The position numbers and the translations under genes were made by a program. Shown here in pieces: positions 1-8,429 of a DNA stretch of 51,702 nt. The stretch is from positions 1 through 51,702 of the forward strand of contig CAZLNV010000001.1 in NCBI GenBank assembly GCA_964561095.1, written 5' to 3'. The notes below the pieces were generated by a model. That model saw only the letters and a program-made list of their open reading frames with translations, was not told the DNA's origin and made no database searches. Origin of the DNA: an uncultured Muribaculaceae bacterium. GTDB lineage: Bacteria > Bacillota_I > Bacilli_A > RF39 > UBA660. Position 1 is the first letter of the stretch. The number at the start of each line of letters is the position of its first letter.

Positions 1-123
1 ACAATTTTATTGCATTTTATCTTATTAACTATATCTTTTCAAATTCCTTTAAAGAACAATAAAAAAGTCACATTGACTAATAATAACTCAAGAGATGTGA
101 CTACATCCATGTGGTAACCAAAT

Positions 124-139
124 TTAACTCCCTATAAGA
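124..139. repeat. Left copy of a perfect 16-bp inverted repeat (ttaactccctataaga)
   Basis: Exact reverse complement of 703-718. The copies are separated by 563 bp. Confidence 0.85.
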
Positions 140-153
140 AAAAAACTACAATT

Positions 154-178
154 GAAGAATTATGCTTCTTCTTTTTTT
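154..178 (+). terminator. Weak rho-independent terminator-like hairpin inside the IR-bounded segment
   Basis: gaagaa-ttatgc-ttcttc stem-loop followed by a T7 run. The stem is only 6 bp. Confidence 0.35.
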
Positions 179-702
179 CATGCAATGTATAATTGTAAAT
201 GATGTGATACCAAAAAGATAATAAAAATAATAACGGTATGATAAGATAAAATTGTTAATTAGAAATAGTTAGCAATTTTCTTTGCTGAAGAGGAGAAAGC
301 CAGTTAAGGGATTGAGTAGGAATGGAGTTAGAACGAAAAAGATATCTTTTCATTTGAAGTAAGAGGTCATCATAATAATAAAAGAAATAATAATAAAATA
401 ATAGATTATGATACTGATGGTGTTATGTTATGGAATGGAGTTAGATGTGAAAGTAAACCTTGTAGTAAAATTGAACTTGATGAGTTAAATTCACTATTAG
501 CAGAATTTAAAGGTGATAGTGATGTATAACGCTAATATTAGAATCATAAATTTTATTATGAATAAAAATAATAATTTATCAGATGATAAACAAAAAATAT
601 TTAAAGAGTTGATTATAAAATACTTATTAAAAAAAATAGTAGGTGAAAACTTAAATGGAACATGATTTGTGTATTGAAAAAAACTATGTTAATATTGATT
701 TA

Positions 703-718
703 TCTTATAGGGAGTTAA
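703..718. repeat. Right copy of the perfect 16-bp inverted repeat (tcttatagggagttaa)
   Basis: Exact reverse complement of 124-139. It ends 21 nt before the recombinase ATG. Confidence 0.85.
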
Positions 719-739
719 GTGCTATTAGAGGAGGAGTAA

Positions 740-2395
740 ATGAACAATAGCTACTTAACAAATATAATGTATAATGCAGGAATATATATAAGATTATCCC
801 AAGAAGATAAAGATAAAAAATATGAATCAGATAGTGAAAGTGTTTTAAATCAACGACAAATACTTACTGAATATGCTAATAATCAAGGCTTTAATTTAAT
901 AGATGAATATATTGATGATGGGTATTCTGGCACAACATTTGATAGACCTGGATTTGAAAAAATGATAAATGATATTGTGAAGAAGAAAATTAATTTAGTA
1001 ATCGTAAAAGATTTATCAAGATTAGGTAGAGATCATGTTAAAACAGGATACTATATAGAAACATATTTTCCAGAAAATAAAGTAAGATTTATTTCAATAA
1101 TGGAAAGTTATGACAGCATAAAAAATCAAGCGAGTAATGATTCATCAACTTTTATAATTGCATGTAATGATTATTATAGTAAACAGAACTCTTTAAAAAT
1201 TAGAAATGTTTTAGATGACAAAAGAAAAAATGGAAAGTTTATTGGTAGTGCACCATGCTATGGGTATATTAGAGATACTAACGATAAAGGACATTTAATT
1301 CCAGATCCAGAAACAGCACCAATAGTTAAACAAATATTTGAATGGCGACTAAATGATATAGGAGTATCCGAAATTGCTTCAAAATTAACTAAAATGGGTA
1401 TTAAGACACCTGCTGGGTATAAAAATATAAAATATTCTTCAAAATTAAAAGAAAGAGATATTTGGACTATTCATTCTGTTATTAAAATATTATCCAATAG
1501 AATGTACACTGGCGATATGATTCAGCATAAACAAACAAAAGTAAATTATAAGTCTAAAAAGAAAATAGCATTAGATGAAAAACTATGGTTAGTTGTTGAA
1601 AATACACATGAACCATTAGTTGATAAAGAAACATTTAAAATAATTCATAATAAAAAAGTTTCTAATAACAGAAGTATAAGAATAAAAACTAATAGAAGTA
1701 AAAGATTGCTTGAAGGATTATTATATTGCAAAGAGTGTGGAAATAGACTTGGAGTTTTACATAGAAAAAATAAAAATTACTGGACTATTAATTGCAATAA
1801 GTATGCAAGAGATCCAATAAGAAAAAGATGTTATCCTCATTTCTTTCCATATGATTATTTTGAATCTCAAGTATTAAGTAATTTATATAGTTATGTAAGA
1901 GGACTATTTAGTGCATTAGATATAGAAGAATTGAATAAGGAAATTATCAAAAGAACCGAATCTGAAACTACTGATACAAAAAATAATATTAAGAATCTGG
2001 AAAATGAAAAGAAGAAATTATTAACTAGTCTTGAAACTTTATACAATGATAGAATTGTTGGAAACATATCAATTGATACTTATAAGCAGATAGCAATTTC
2101 TTATGAAAATAAAGTGTCTTTAATTAATTCTAGAATTGAAGAACTAAATGGTTTAATTACAAATAAAACTATAATAAAAAATATTCCTAATTATACAAAT
2201 AAAATAAGAAACCTTCTAAATATTAAGAATCCCAATAGAGAATTATTATTTACAATAATCGAAAAAATAGAAGTGGACAAAAACAGAATGATAACAATAA
2301 TATTTAGATACAAGATACTAGATAATTTATCTTTTAAATATCAAGAAATGAATATAATAAGAAATCCATATGGTAGAAAGGGCAAAAACAAATAA
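740..2395 (+). CDS. Large serine recombinase (integrase/excisionase type)
   Basis: N-terminal resolvase-type catalytic domain (IYIRLSQED with the nucleophile Ser, DGYSGTTFDRPGF, VKDLSRLGR). This is followed by a central recombinase domain, a Cys-rich zinc-ribbon region (CKECGNRL...CNKYARDPIRKRC) and a C-terminal coiled coil. A GAGGAGG RBS lies just upstream of the ATG. Confidence 0.9.
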   Translation: MNNSYLTNIMYNAGIYIRLSQEDKDKKYESDSESVLNQRQILTEYANNQGFNLIDEYIDDGYSGTTFDRPGFEKMINDIVKKKINLVIVKDLSRLGRDHVKTGYYIETYFPENKVRFISIMESYDSIKNQASNDSSTFIIACNDYYSKQNSLKIRNVLDDKRKNGKFIGSAPCYGYIRDTNDKGHLIPDPETAPIVKQIFEWRLNDIGVSEIASKLTKMGIKTPAGYKNIKYSSKLKERDIWTIHSVIKILSNRMYTGDMIQHKQTKVNYKSKKKIALDEKLWLVVENTHEPLVDKETFKIIHNKKVSNNRSIRIKTNRSKRLLEGLLYCKECGNRLGVLHRKNKNYWTINCNKYARDPIRKRCYPHFFPYDYFESQVLSNLYSYVRGLFSALDIEELNKEIIKRTESETTDTKNNIKNLENEKKKLLTSLETLYNDRIVGNISIDTYKQIAISYENKVSLINSRIEELNGLITNKTIIKNIPNYTNKIRNLLNIKNPNRELLFTIIEKIEVDKNRMITIIFRYKILDNLSFKYQEMNIIRNPYGRKGKNK

Positions 2396-2412
2396 CAAAT
2401 CACCACTAGTAA

Positions 2413-3564
2413 CCATTCGCAGGCGGTGACGGTGCTGAAGTGATTTATGCTCTTAGGAATACATCAGCTTTATCAAAAGATATACTAGATGAAATTGAAA
2501 AAGAAGGGCAGAATGTAAGAAAATATTATCAGCAAAGATTGCCAAGTAATCCTATTAAAGATTATTATTTTATGCATAGGAATACTCCAAATACAGAAGC
2601 TGTTATAGTGGAATATGGGTTTTTGGATAGTACTGGGGATGATGTAAATCAACTTAAAAATAATTACAAAGAATTTGCTGAAGCAGTAGTTAGAGGTGTT
2701 TCTAAATATAAAAGCATTCCATATGTGGCTCCAGCTGGTAGTGGATATTATACAGTTAAAAAAGGAGATTCACTTTGGAGTATAGCTACTTCTGCAGGTT
2801 TAACAGTTGAAGAATTAAAAAAATTAAATAATTTATCGACTAATACATTAAGTGTAGGTCAAACTTTAAAAATAGCGCAATCCGCTAGTGAAAAAATACC
2901 AGAAGATTATTTGATTTATAGCGTAAAATCTGGAGATAGTTTGTATTCAATAGCCAATAAATATAATACAACAGTTAATACTTTAATGAGCGTCAATAAT
3001 TTAACGTCTTCAAATTTGAAAATTAATCAACAATTATTAATACCTAAAAGTGAAGAAGTTGAAATAGAAATCAAACCAGGAGCTGGAACTGAATATATTG
3101 TAGTTAGTGGAGATAGTCTATATTCAATAGCCAAAAAATATAATGTAACGGTAGATCAGATAAAAAACGCTAATAATTTAGAGAGTAATTTACTTAGCGT
3201 AGGTCAAAAATTATTAATTCCTACCGGAGAAGCTACAATTGAAAAAGAAGAAACTCCATCTGTTGGAGGAATTAATTATGTAGTTCAAAAAGGGGATAAT
3301 TTATATTCAATAGCAAATAAATATGGAATTACTATAGAACAGTTAAAAAATGCTAACAATTTAACAACTAATTTATTACAGGTAGGTCAAATTTTACTAA
3401 TACCAGGTACAACTAATTATGCTACTTATACTGTTGAAAAAGGAGATTCATTATGGAAAATAGCTAATACTTATGGAATTACTGTTGAAAAATTAAAAGC
3501 AACAAATAATTTAACTTCAAGTTTGTTAACTGTGGGCCAGGAATTATTAATACCTACAAATTAA
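2413..3564 (+). pseudogene. 3' portion of an N-acetylmuramoyl-L-alanine amidase (Amidase_3) gene with five C-terminal LysM repeats. The 5' half is displaced, so the gene is split by the element or truncated.
   Basis: The open frame begins PFAGGDGAEVIYALRN..., which is the region right after the SIHxN motif of Amidase_3, and continues through EAVIVEYGFLDS. There is no signal peptide, no N-terminal Zn ligands and no plausible RBS. It ends in five repeats of the LysM pattern Y.V..GDSL(W/Y)SIA......(V/I)..L...NNL....L.(V/I)(G/N)Q.L.IP. Confidence 0.8.
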
Positions 3565-3596
3565 AAGAGAGATATGCTAATACATATTTCTCTTTT
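3565..3596. terminator. Bidirectional hairpin between the convergent amidase fragment and the AbiEi-like gene
   Basis: aagagagatatg / catatttctctt, a 12-bp stem with one G-U pair and a 6-nt loop, flanked by A/T runs on both sides. Confidence 0.6.
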
Positions 3597-3604
3597 ATAA
3601 TAGT

Positions 3605-4246
3605 TTATTTTTTTAACATTTCTATTACTTTATTACCTATACCCATCTTTTCTGCATATAATAAAAGATTATCAATATTTTTATTTTCACTAGCAATATA
3701 CTTTCTAATACATTTATTTACTAGTTCTTTACTAAATCTTTTATCTGACCTTATCATATCACAAATAGTTCTTTCTAAATCATATATTTTAATCTGATAT
3801 CCCATTTTATCTGTAAATTCCATAATACCCAAATTAAACCATTCTTTTTTTACATAAAATATATCATGCTTTTTAAAACCTTCACAAAATACATTATTTA
3901 TACATGTAGCCTGAATGTTGTCTGGTTCATTTACTAGTTTATGAAAATATAAAGCAGTTAAATGTGAGTAAACTGTTTTAGGAAATCTCAATTGAAAGGT
4001 ATAATATATATCTTCTTTTGTTTTTCTAGATATATAGATACCACGTTCTACATTTATAATTTCACCATAATCTACTAAAAATGTTAAATAGTCTCTAGCA
4101 ATTCTATTTTGTGTCAATTCCTTTGTAGTTAAATAGCCATTGTTTTTATTTAGCAAATACTTTATTTTTTCAGTATTTGAAAATAATCTAGTTTTTCTAG
4201 TTAATTTTTTCTTAACACTTAGTATATATTTATTATTATCATTCAT
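3605..4246 (-). CDS. AbiEi-like (type IV toxin-antitoxin antitoxin family) DNA-binding protein, without a partner gene
   Basis: N-terminal wHTH-like segment GYLTTKELTQNRIARDYLTFLVDYGEIINVERGIYI and a C-terminal ERTICDMIR motif, both typical of the AbiEi_4 family. The start is moved to the ATG (MNDNNKY) preceded by a GAGGT RBS. Confidence 0.5.
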   Translation of the reverse strand: MNDNNKYILSVKKKLTRKTRLFSNTEKIKYLLNKNNGYLTTKELTQNRIARDYLTFLVDYGEIINVERGIYISRKTKEDIYYTFQLRFPKTVYSHLTALYFHKLVNEPDNIQATCINNVFCEGFKKHDIFYVKKEWFNLGIMEFTDKMGYQIKIYDLERTICDMIRSDKRFSKELVNKCIRKYIASENKNIDNLLLYAEKMGIGNKVIEMLKK

Positions 4247-4287
4247 ATAAACCTCAATTATAATATACATCATATCATAGAGTTTGT

Positions 4288-4308
4288 CAAATTAATTAAT
4301 TTAATTTG
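4288..4308. promoter_or_regulatory. Candidate operator in the divergent promoter region between the AbiEi-like and PH-domain genes
   Basis: caaattaa-ttaat-ttaatttg, perfect 8-bp arms. The sequence is entirely A/T-rich, so statistical support is weak. Confidence 0.25.
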
Positions 4309-4350
4309 CATATTTATAATTAATGGTATATAATTTTATTGGTGAATAAA

Positions 4351-4773
4351 ATGTCAAATGTTTATAAAATGTTAAGCGATTTTAAAAAGAACTATCCAAA
4401 AACTATAGCTTGGAGACTAGAAAAGCATTCAAGAGTTATTGATGATTATATTGATGCAGATGAAAAGGTAGTTTATGCTTTTTGTGGACAAAAGAATGAC
4501 TGCTGGTATGACATTACATCAAGTTGCGCAGTTGTGCTTACTAATAAAAGACTATTAATAGGTCAGCAATTATTTTTTGGGAGGAAGTTATATACTCAAG
4601 TTACTCCAGACATGTATAATGATTTAAAAGTTTATCACGGAATATTGTATGGAAAAATCACAATAGATACTATAAAAGAAGTAATAATATTAACTAATCT
4701 AGATAATAGATCTTTAGATGAAATAGAAACGAACATATCCAGTTTTATGTTAGAAGCTAAAAAGCAAAAATAA
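4351..4773 (+). CDS. Bacterial PH-domain (YokE-like) protein
   Basis: Pattern EKVVYAFCGQ...AVVLTNKRLLIGQQ...KITIDTIKEV, typical of bacterial pleckstrin-homology-like domains. The ATG is preceded by a GGTGA RBS. Confidence 0.45.
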   Translation: MSNVYKMLSDFKKNYPKTIAWRLEKHSRVIDDYIDADEKVVYAFCGQKNDCWYDITSSCAVVLTNKRLLIGQQLFFGRKLYTQVTPDMYNDLKVYHGILYGKITIDTIKEVIILTNLDNRSLDEIETNISSFMLEAKKQK

Positions 4774-4794
4774 AAAACACAAATGTGTTTTTTT
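4773..4794. terminator. Bidirectional terminator between the PH-domain gene and asnB
   Basis: aaaaacac-aaat-gtgttttt hairpin with A and T runs on either side. Confidence 0.55.
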
Positions 4795-6610
4795 AATTTT
4801 CAAAAAATACTTGATACCATATTAGAAAAATATAAATTGTCCATGCTTTTTTATAATTATCAATTCTTCCTGTATAAGTTAGATCTAATAGTTTGTTAAT
4901 AGCATTGTTATCAAATAATTTTTTGCTAATATCACTATTAAAAGTTTTTTTCATTTTAGAATATACATCTTCTGTTTTGATCCATTCTTTTAAAGGAACC
5001 GGGAATCCTAATTTCTTTTTATTATATGACTCATTAGGAATAACTTTTCTAGCCGCTTCTCTTAAAGCAATTTTTGTTTTACTTTCAGAAAGCTTTACAT
5101 TTTGGGGTAAAGTTCTTGCTACTTCATAAACGTCTTTATCCAAGAATGGAACTCTAACTTCTATAGAATTTGCCATTGCCATTTTGTCCGATTTAAGAAG
5201 AATATCTTTTTGTAACCAATAAATGACATCTATTGTTTGCATCTTTGCTAAATTTGATTGATTTTTAATTTTAGAATAAACTGGTTTTGTAATGTCTTTA
5301 TTTTTTCTAGTTGTTTTATTTAATAATATTTCATTTCTTTCTTTTTCATTAAATACTTTGTTTACTCCAATGTATCCTTCTTCTAGAGTTTGACCTCTTC
5401 TAACTAAAAAGTTAATATATCTATGTGCTGGCAATACTGATGCTACTTTTGATATAACTTTTCTAATATTAAATGGAATCTTGTTATAAAAAGAATGATT
5501 AACTTCATCTAAATAATAATTATATCCTCCAAACAATTCATCTGCTCCTTCACCAGAAAGAACAACTTTTAAATCTTTAGATGCTAATTGTGCTAAAAAA
5601 TATAGTGCAATAGCAGAAGGATCAGCAAGAGGCTCATCTAGGTGATAAACAACTTTTTCTAAAGAATCAAAATATTCTTTTTTAGATATTATTTTATATT
5701 TATTTTTAATATTTAATCTTTTTGCTAAATCTTGAGCATAATTAAGCTCGCTAAAACCTTTTTCTTTATATCCAATTGTGAAAGTTAAGTTAGGTTTAGA
5801 TAAACTTACAATATAACTTGAATCTACGCCACTGCTTAGAAAAGAACCGACTTGGACATCGCTAATATTATGATGTATAACCGAATCTTCCATAACATTT
5901 CCAATTTTATTAACAGCCTCATCAAACTCAATATTCTCTTCATCAAATTTAAAATCAAAGTAAGATTCGATTTTAAATTTATTGTTTTTATAAGTAAAAA
6001 AATGTCCAGGTGCTAATTTATAAACATCTTTAAAAAATGTTTCTTCATTAGGAACAAAGTTAAATGATAAATATTCGGGTAATACATTTTCATTCAATTC
6101 TTTTTTAAAAAGAGGATGAGATAAAAAAGCTTTAATCTCAGAAGAAAACATAAAAGTGTCATTAGTTTTATAGTAATATAAAGGCTTAATACCAAAATAA
6201 TCTCTAGCACCAAATAATGTATCCTTTTTTTTATCATAAATTACAAAAGCAAACATTCCTCTAAATTTTGATAAACATTTTTCCCCATATTCAATATAAG
6301 AATTTAATAAAACTTCAGTGTCACTGTTATTGTTAAATTTATATCCTTTTGTGATTAATTCTTTTTTTAATTCTTGGTAGTTATACATTTCCCCATTATA
6401 AATAATACTGTAATTATTATCAGCTGAAAACATAGGCTGACTACCAGTAGCTAAATCTATAATAGAAAGTCTTACGTGCCCTAAAGCAGTATCATTATTA
6501 ATATAAAATCCATTTTCATCAGGGCCTCTATGTTTAATTCTTTCAATCATGGATTTAATAATTTTTTCTTTGTTCTTACTTTTATCAACAAATCCTACTA
6601 TTCCACACAT
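4793..6610 (-). CDS. asnB: Asparagine synthetase (glutamine-hydrolysing)
   Basis: MCGIVG N-terminal nucleophile Cys, a GATase class-II domain, a SSGVDSS PP-loop in the synthetase domain, 605 aa. An AGGAG RBS is present. Confidence 0.9.
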   Translation of the reverse strand: MCGIVGFVDKSKNKEKIIKSMIERIKHRGPDENGFYINNDTALGHVRLSIIDLATGSQPMFSADNNYSIIYNGEMYNYQELKKELITKGYKFNNNSDTEVLLNSYIEYGEKCLSKFRGMFAFVIYDKKKDTLFGARDYFGIKPLYYYKTNDTFMFSSEIKAFLSHPLFKKELNENVLPEYLSFNFVPNEETFFKDVYKLAPGHFFTYKNNKFKIESYFDFKFDEENIEFDEAVNKIGNVMEDSVIHHNISDVQVGSFLSSGVDSSYIVSLSKPNLTFTIGYKEKGFSELNYAQDLAKRLNIKNKYKIISKKEYFDSLEKVVYHLDEPLADPSAIALYFLAQLASKDLKVVLSGEGADELFGGYNYYLDEVNHSFYNKIPFNIRKVISKVASVLPAHRYINFLVRRGQTLEEGYIGVNKVFNEKERNEILLNKTTRKNKDITKPVYSKIKNQSNLAKMQTIDVIYWLQKDILLKSDKMAMANSIEVRVPFLDKDVYEVARTLPQNVKLSESKTKIALREAARKVIPNESYNKKKLGFPVPLKEWIKTEDVYSKMKKTFNSDISKKLFDNNAINKLLDLTYTGRIDNYKKAWTIYIFLIWYQVFFEN

Positions 6611-6630
6611 ATTTTCTCCTATAAATAAAA

Positions 6631-6658
6631 AATAAAAATTTCACTTGGAATTTTTATT
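6631..6658 (-). terminator. All-A/T hairpin downstream of tRNA-Trp, a weak terminator or attenuator-like element
   Basis: aataaaaatt / aatttttatt, a 10-bp stem with an 8-nt loop, followed on the minus strand by a T-rich run. It lies only about 20 nt upstream of the asnB ATG. Confidence 0.3.
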
Positions 6659-6670
6659 TATATTACAAAT

Positions 6671-6744
6671 TGGCAGGAGTAGTAGGAATTGAACCCACAT
6701 AAACGGTTTTGGAGACCGTCATTCTACCTTTAAATTATACTCCT
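6671..6744 (-). tRNA. tRNA-Trp (anticodon CCA)
   Basis: Manual cloverleaf fold: acceptor AGGAGTA/TACTCCT, anticodon stem ACGGT/ACCGT with loop CTCCAAA, T-loop GGTTCAATTCC, encoded 3' GCCA. Confidence 0.9.
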
Positions 6745-6767
6745 ATAAAAATCCTTTTGTGTAATTT

Positions 6768-6796
6768 ATTATAACATATGAATTACTTTATTTCAA
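6768..6796 (-). promoter_or_regulatory. Sigma-A type promoter for tRNA-Trp
   Basis: On the minus strand, TTGAAA, a 17-nt spacer, then TGtTATAAT (extended -10). It sits 23 nt upstream of the mature tRNA 5' end. Confidence 0.6.
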
Positions 6797-6827
6797 CAAA
6801 ACTCATATAATATTTTAGGTGATTTAT

Positions 6828-7253
6828 ATGCTTTTAGCGTATACTACAAAGGAATTAGATTTATGTGCAAGACTTATGAGAGCTGAAGCGTTAGCTGAGG
6901 GTGACCTTGGCATGCTTATGGTTGGCAATGTAATTGTTAATAGAGCAATTGCTAATTGTTTGGATTTTAAAAATATTAGAACTATAACTGACGTTGTGTA
7001 TCAATCTCCCGGAGGTTTTACCGGGAAAAACAGTTCATTATTTAGTGGAAGTGCAACTACAAAAGAAAAAGAACTTGCAAAAAGAGTATTAAAGGGTGAA
7101 TATTATCATCCTGCCACTAATGCATTATGGTTTTACGCTCCTTCAGCCGGAAGCAGTTGCAAAAGCACTTGGTTTAATCAAAGAAATTCAGGAAAATATA
7201 AAAGTCATTGTTTTTATGTTCCGGATCCAGGAATATGTGAACAACTATATTAA
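6828..7253 (+). CDS. cwlJ: CwlJ/SleB-family spore cortex-lytic cell wall hydrolase (Hydrolase_2 domain)
   Basis: LCARLMRAEALAEGDLGMLMVGNVIVNRA closely follows the CwlJ/SleB catalytic-domain N-terminus, and the roughly 141-aa size matches CwlJ. The start is moved to the ATG behind an AGGTGA RBS. A CATATAAT motif upstream resembles a sigma-E -10 element. Confidence 0.75.
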   Translation: MLLAYTTKELDLCARLMRAEALAEGDLGMLMVGNVIVNRAIANCLDFKNIRTITDVVYQSPGGFTGKNSSLFSGSATTKEKELAKRVLKGEYYHPATNALWFYAPSAGSSCKSTWFNQRNSGKYKSHCFYVPDPGICEQLY

Positions 7254-7276
7254 AAAATCACTTTTAAAGTGATTTT
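7254..7276. terminator. Bidirectional terminator between cwlJ-like and prs
   Basis: aaaatcactt / aagtgatttt hairpin with flanking A/T runs. Confidence 0.55.
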
Positions 7277-8372
7277 ATCTTTTTAATTTTCTTGTCATTA
7301 CTTCATCTAATAGTTCTGGCTTTATATTTGTAATAGACTTTATAGATTTGTGAGTATTTAGATTATTAATTATTTCGGCCATCTGGTAAGAGCAATCTAC
7401 TGCTTTAAACCAAGGTTTTCCTAATGCTTTAGTGTATCCATAAGTTAAATTAGTTGAATATATTTTATTAAATAATTTTTCATCATATTTTTCTTGTAAT
7501 TTATCTATTCCTTCAGTAAATAGCGAGAATGTTGCGAATAAATATATATTATTTGCACCTTTTTCTCTAAGCAATCTTGCAGTATCTAAAATTGAACTAC
7601 CTGAAGAAATCATATCATCTATTATTACCACATCTTTACCTTTTGCATCTGGACCAATATAAATATGTTCTAATATTGGATATTTCCCGTTTACTAAATT
7701 CCCAGTTAAATCTCTAGATTTATAGCACATTCCCATATTGCATCTAAATACTCCAGCATAGTATTTTGCTCTTTTAGTAGCACCTTCATCAGGAGCGATA
7801 ACTAACATATTATTTAAATTAATATCCTCATTATCTAAAAAATCTTTCATAATATAGTTAGTTGCAAATATATTTTGAAATTCTGTGTTTGTGCCGGCTA
7901 AAGCATGCTTAACACCCGGACTATGAACATCATATGTAATTATCTTTTTCACTCTGTCATTTGATAAATCTTTTAAGGCATCAGCACAATCATTTGATTC
8001 ATAATTAACCGCACTATGTTGTCTACTTGCATAAAGAAATGGGGTAAACACCGAATAATTATTTGTGTGTCCCGAAACTGCTGATACAACTCTTCTAATA
8101 TCTGCGTAATGATCATCTGGACTTTTATAATTTGTGTGTCCATACATCTTATAAGTACATTCCGGATTTTCGGGATCTGACAAAATATACAAATCTTTGT
8201 CTCTGACTGATGATTTTATTACTGTTTTAGCACACCCATCATTAAATCTTGGCTCTTCAATTTTTGTTATATAATTAGTATTATTTTTTCTAATAATATT
8301 TAAATTTTTTTGTACTTTTTCCCCTAGCTCTTTGCAATTGTTTAATACAATTAGACTTAAATTATCTTCCAT
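7275..8372 (-). CDS. prs: Ribose-phosphate pyrophosphokinase (PRPP synthetase), long form
   Basis: PRPP-binding loop VVIIDDMISSGSS, an N-terminal Pribosyltran_N-like domain, 365 aa. A GAGG RBS is present. Confidence 0.75.
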   Translation of the reverse strand: MEDNLSLIVLNNCKELGEKVQKNLNIIRKNNTNYITKIEEPRFNDGCAKTVIKSSVRDKDLYILSDPENPECTYKMYGHTNYKSPDDHYADIRRVVSAVSGHTNNYSVFTPFLYASRQHSAVNYESNDCADALKDLSNDRVKKIITYDVHSPGVKHALAGTNTEFQNIFATNYIMKDFLDNEDINLNNMLVIAPDEGATKRAKYYAGVFRCNMGMCYKSRDLTGNLVNGKYPILEHIYIGPDAKGKDVVIIDDMISSGSSILDTARLLREKGANNIYLFATFSLFTEGIDKLQEKYDEKLFNKIYSTNLTYGYTKALGKPWFKAVDCSYQMAEIINNLNTHKSIKSITNIKPELLDEVMTRKLKR

Positions 8373-8429
8373 AAAACCTCGCTACCATATTATTATAAAT
8401 CTAAAAAAAATATTAATCAATCAAATAAC

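Larger units (their letters stand above)
1..2412 (+). mobile_element. Right-hand end of an integrated element (prophage-like or skin-like intervening element) carrying a large serine recombinase. The left boundary lies outside the window.
   Basis: The recombinase gene (740-2395) is the last gene. 17 nt after its stop, an amidase reading frame opens with no start codon and no N-terminal half (2413 onward), preceded by the in-frame stops TAG TAA at 2407-2412. Region 1-739 holds only ORFs under 60 codons. A weak imperfect dyad, tcaccac (2400-2406) / ggcggtga (2422-2429), is centred near 2414. Confidence 0.55.

Noticed and set aside
39-110. A 23-codon hydrophobic minus-strand ORF (MDVVTSLELLLVNVTFLLFFKGI) just outside the left inverted repeat, a possible type I toxin or holin-like peptide.
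   Set aside because: It has no convincing RBS at proper spacing and is too short to evaluate. It is mentioned only as context for the inverted-repeat finding.
655-750. A 31-codon ORF (MEHDLCIEKNYVNIDLSYRELSAIRGGVNEQ) whose C-terminal part fits the double-glycine bacteriocin or pheromone leader consensus LS..EL..I.GG.
   Set aside because: Only four residues follow the GG, so there is no plausible mature peptide. The GG codons are simply the GAGGAGG Shine-Dalgarno sequence of the recombinase gene read in another frame. No C39 peptidase or ABC exporter lies nearby. This is most likely coincidence.
2440-3564. The annotated 374-aa ORF starting at GTG 2440, considered as an intact LysM protein or as the endolysin of the element.
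   Set aside because: The frame is open back to 2413 and begins in the middle of the Amidase_3 fold. No RBS precedes GTG 2440. The gene lies outside the element, beyond the recombinase gene, rather than in a lysis cassette. A truncated or split gene explains the data better.
7275-8372. The unusually long (365 aa) PRPP synthetase, considered as a possible fusion or novel enzyme.
   Set aside because: The extra length is distributed as small insertions, and the N- and C-terminal Prs domains and the PRPP loop are intact. It is consistent with a divergent prs paralogue. No additional domain is discernible from sequence alone.
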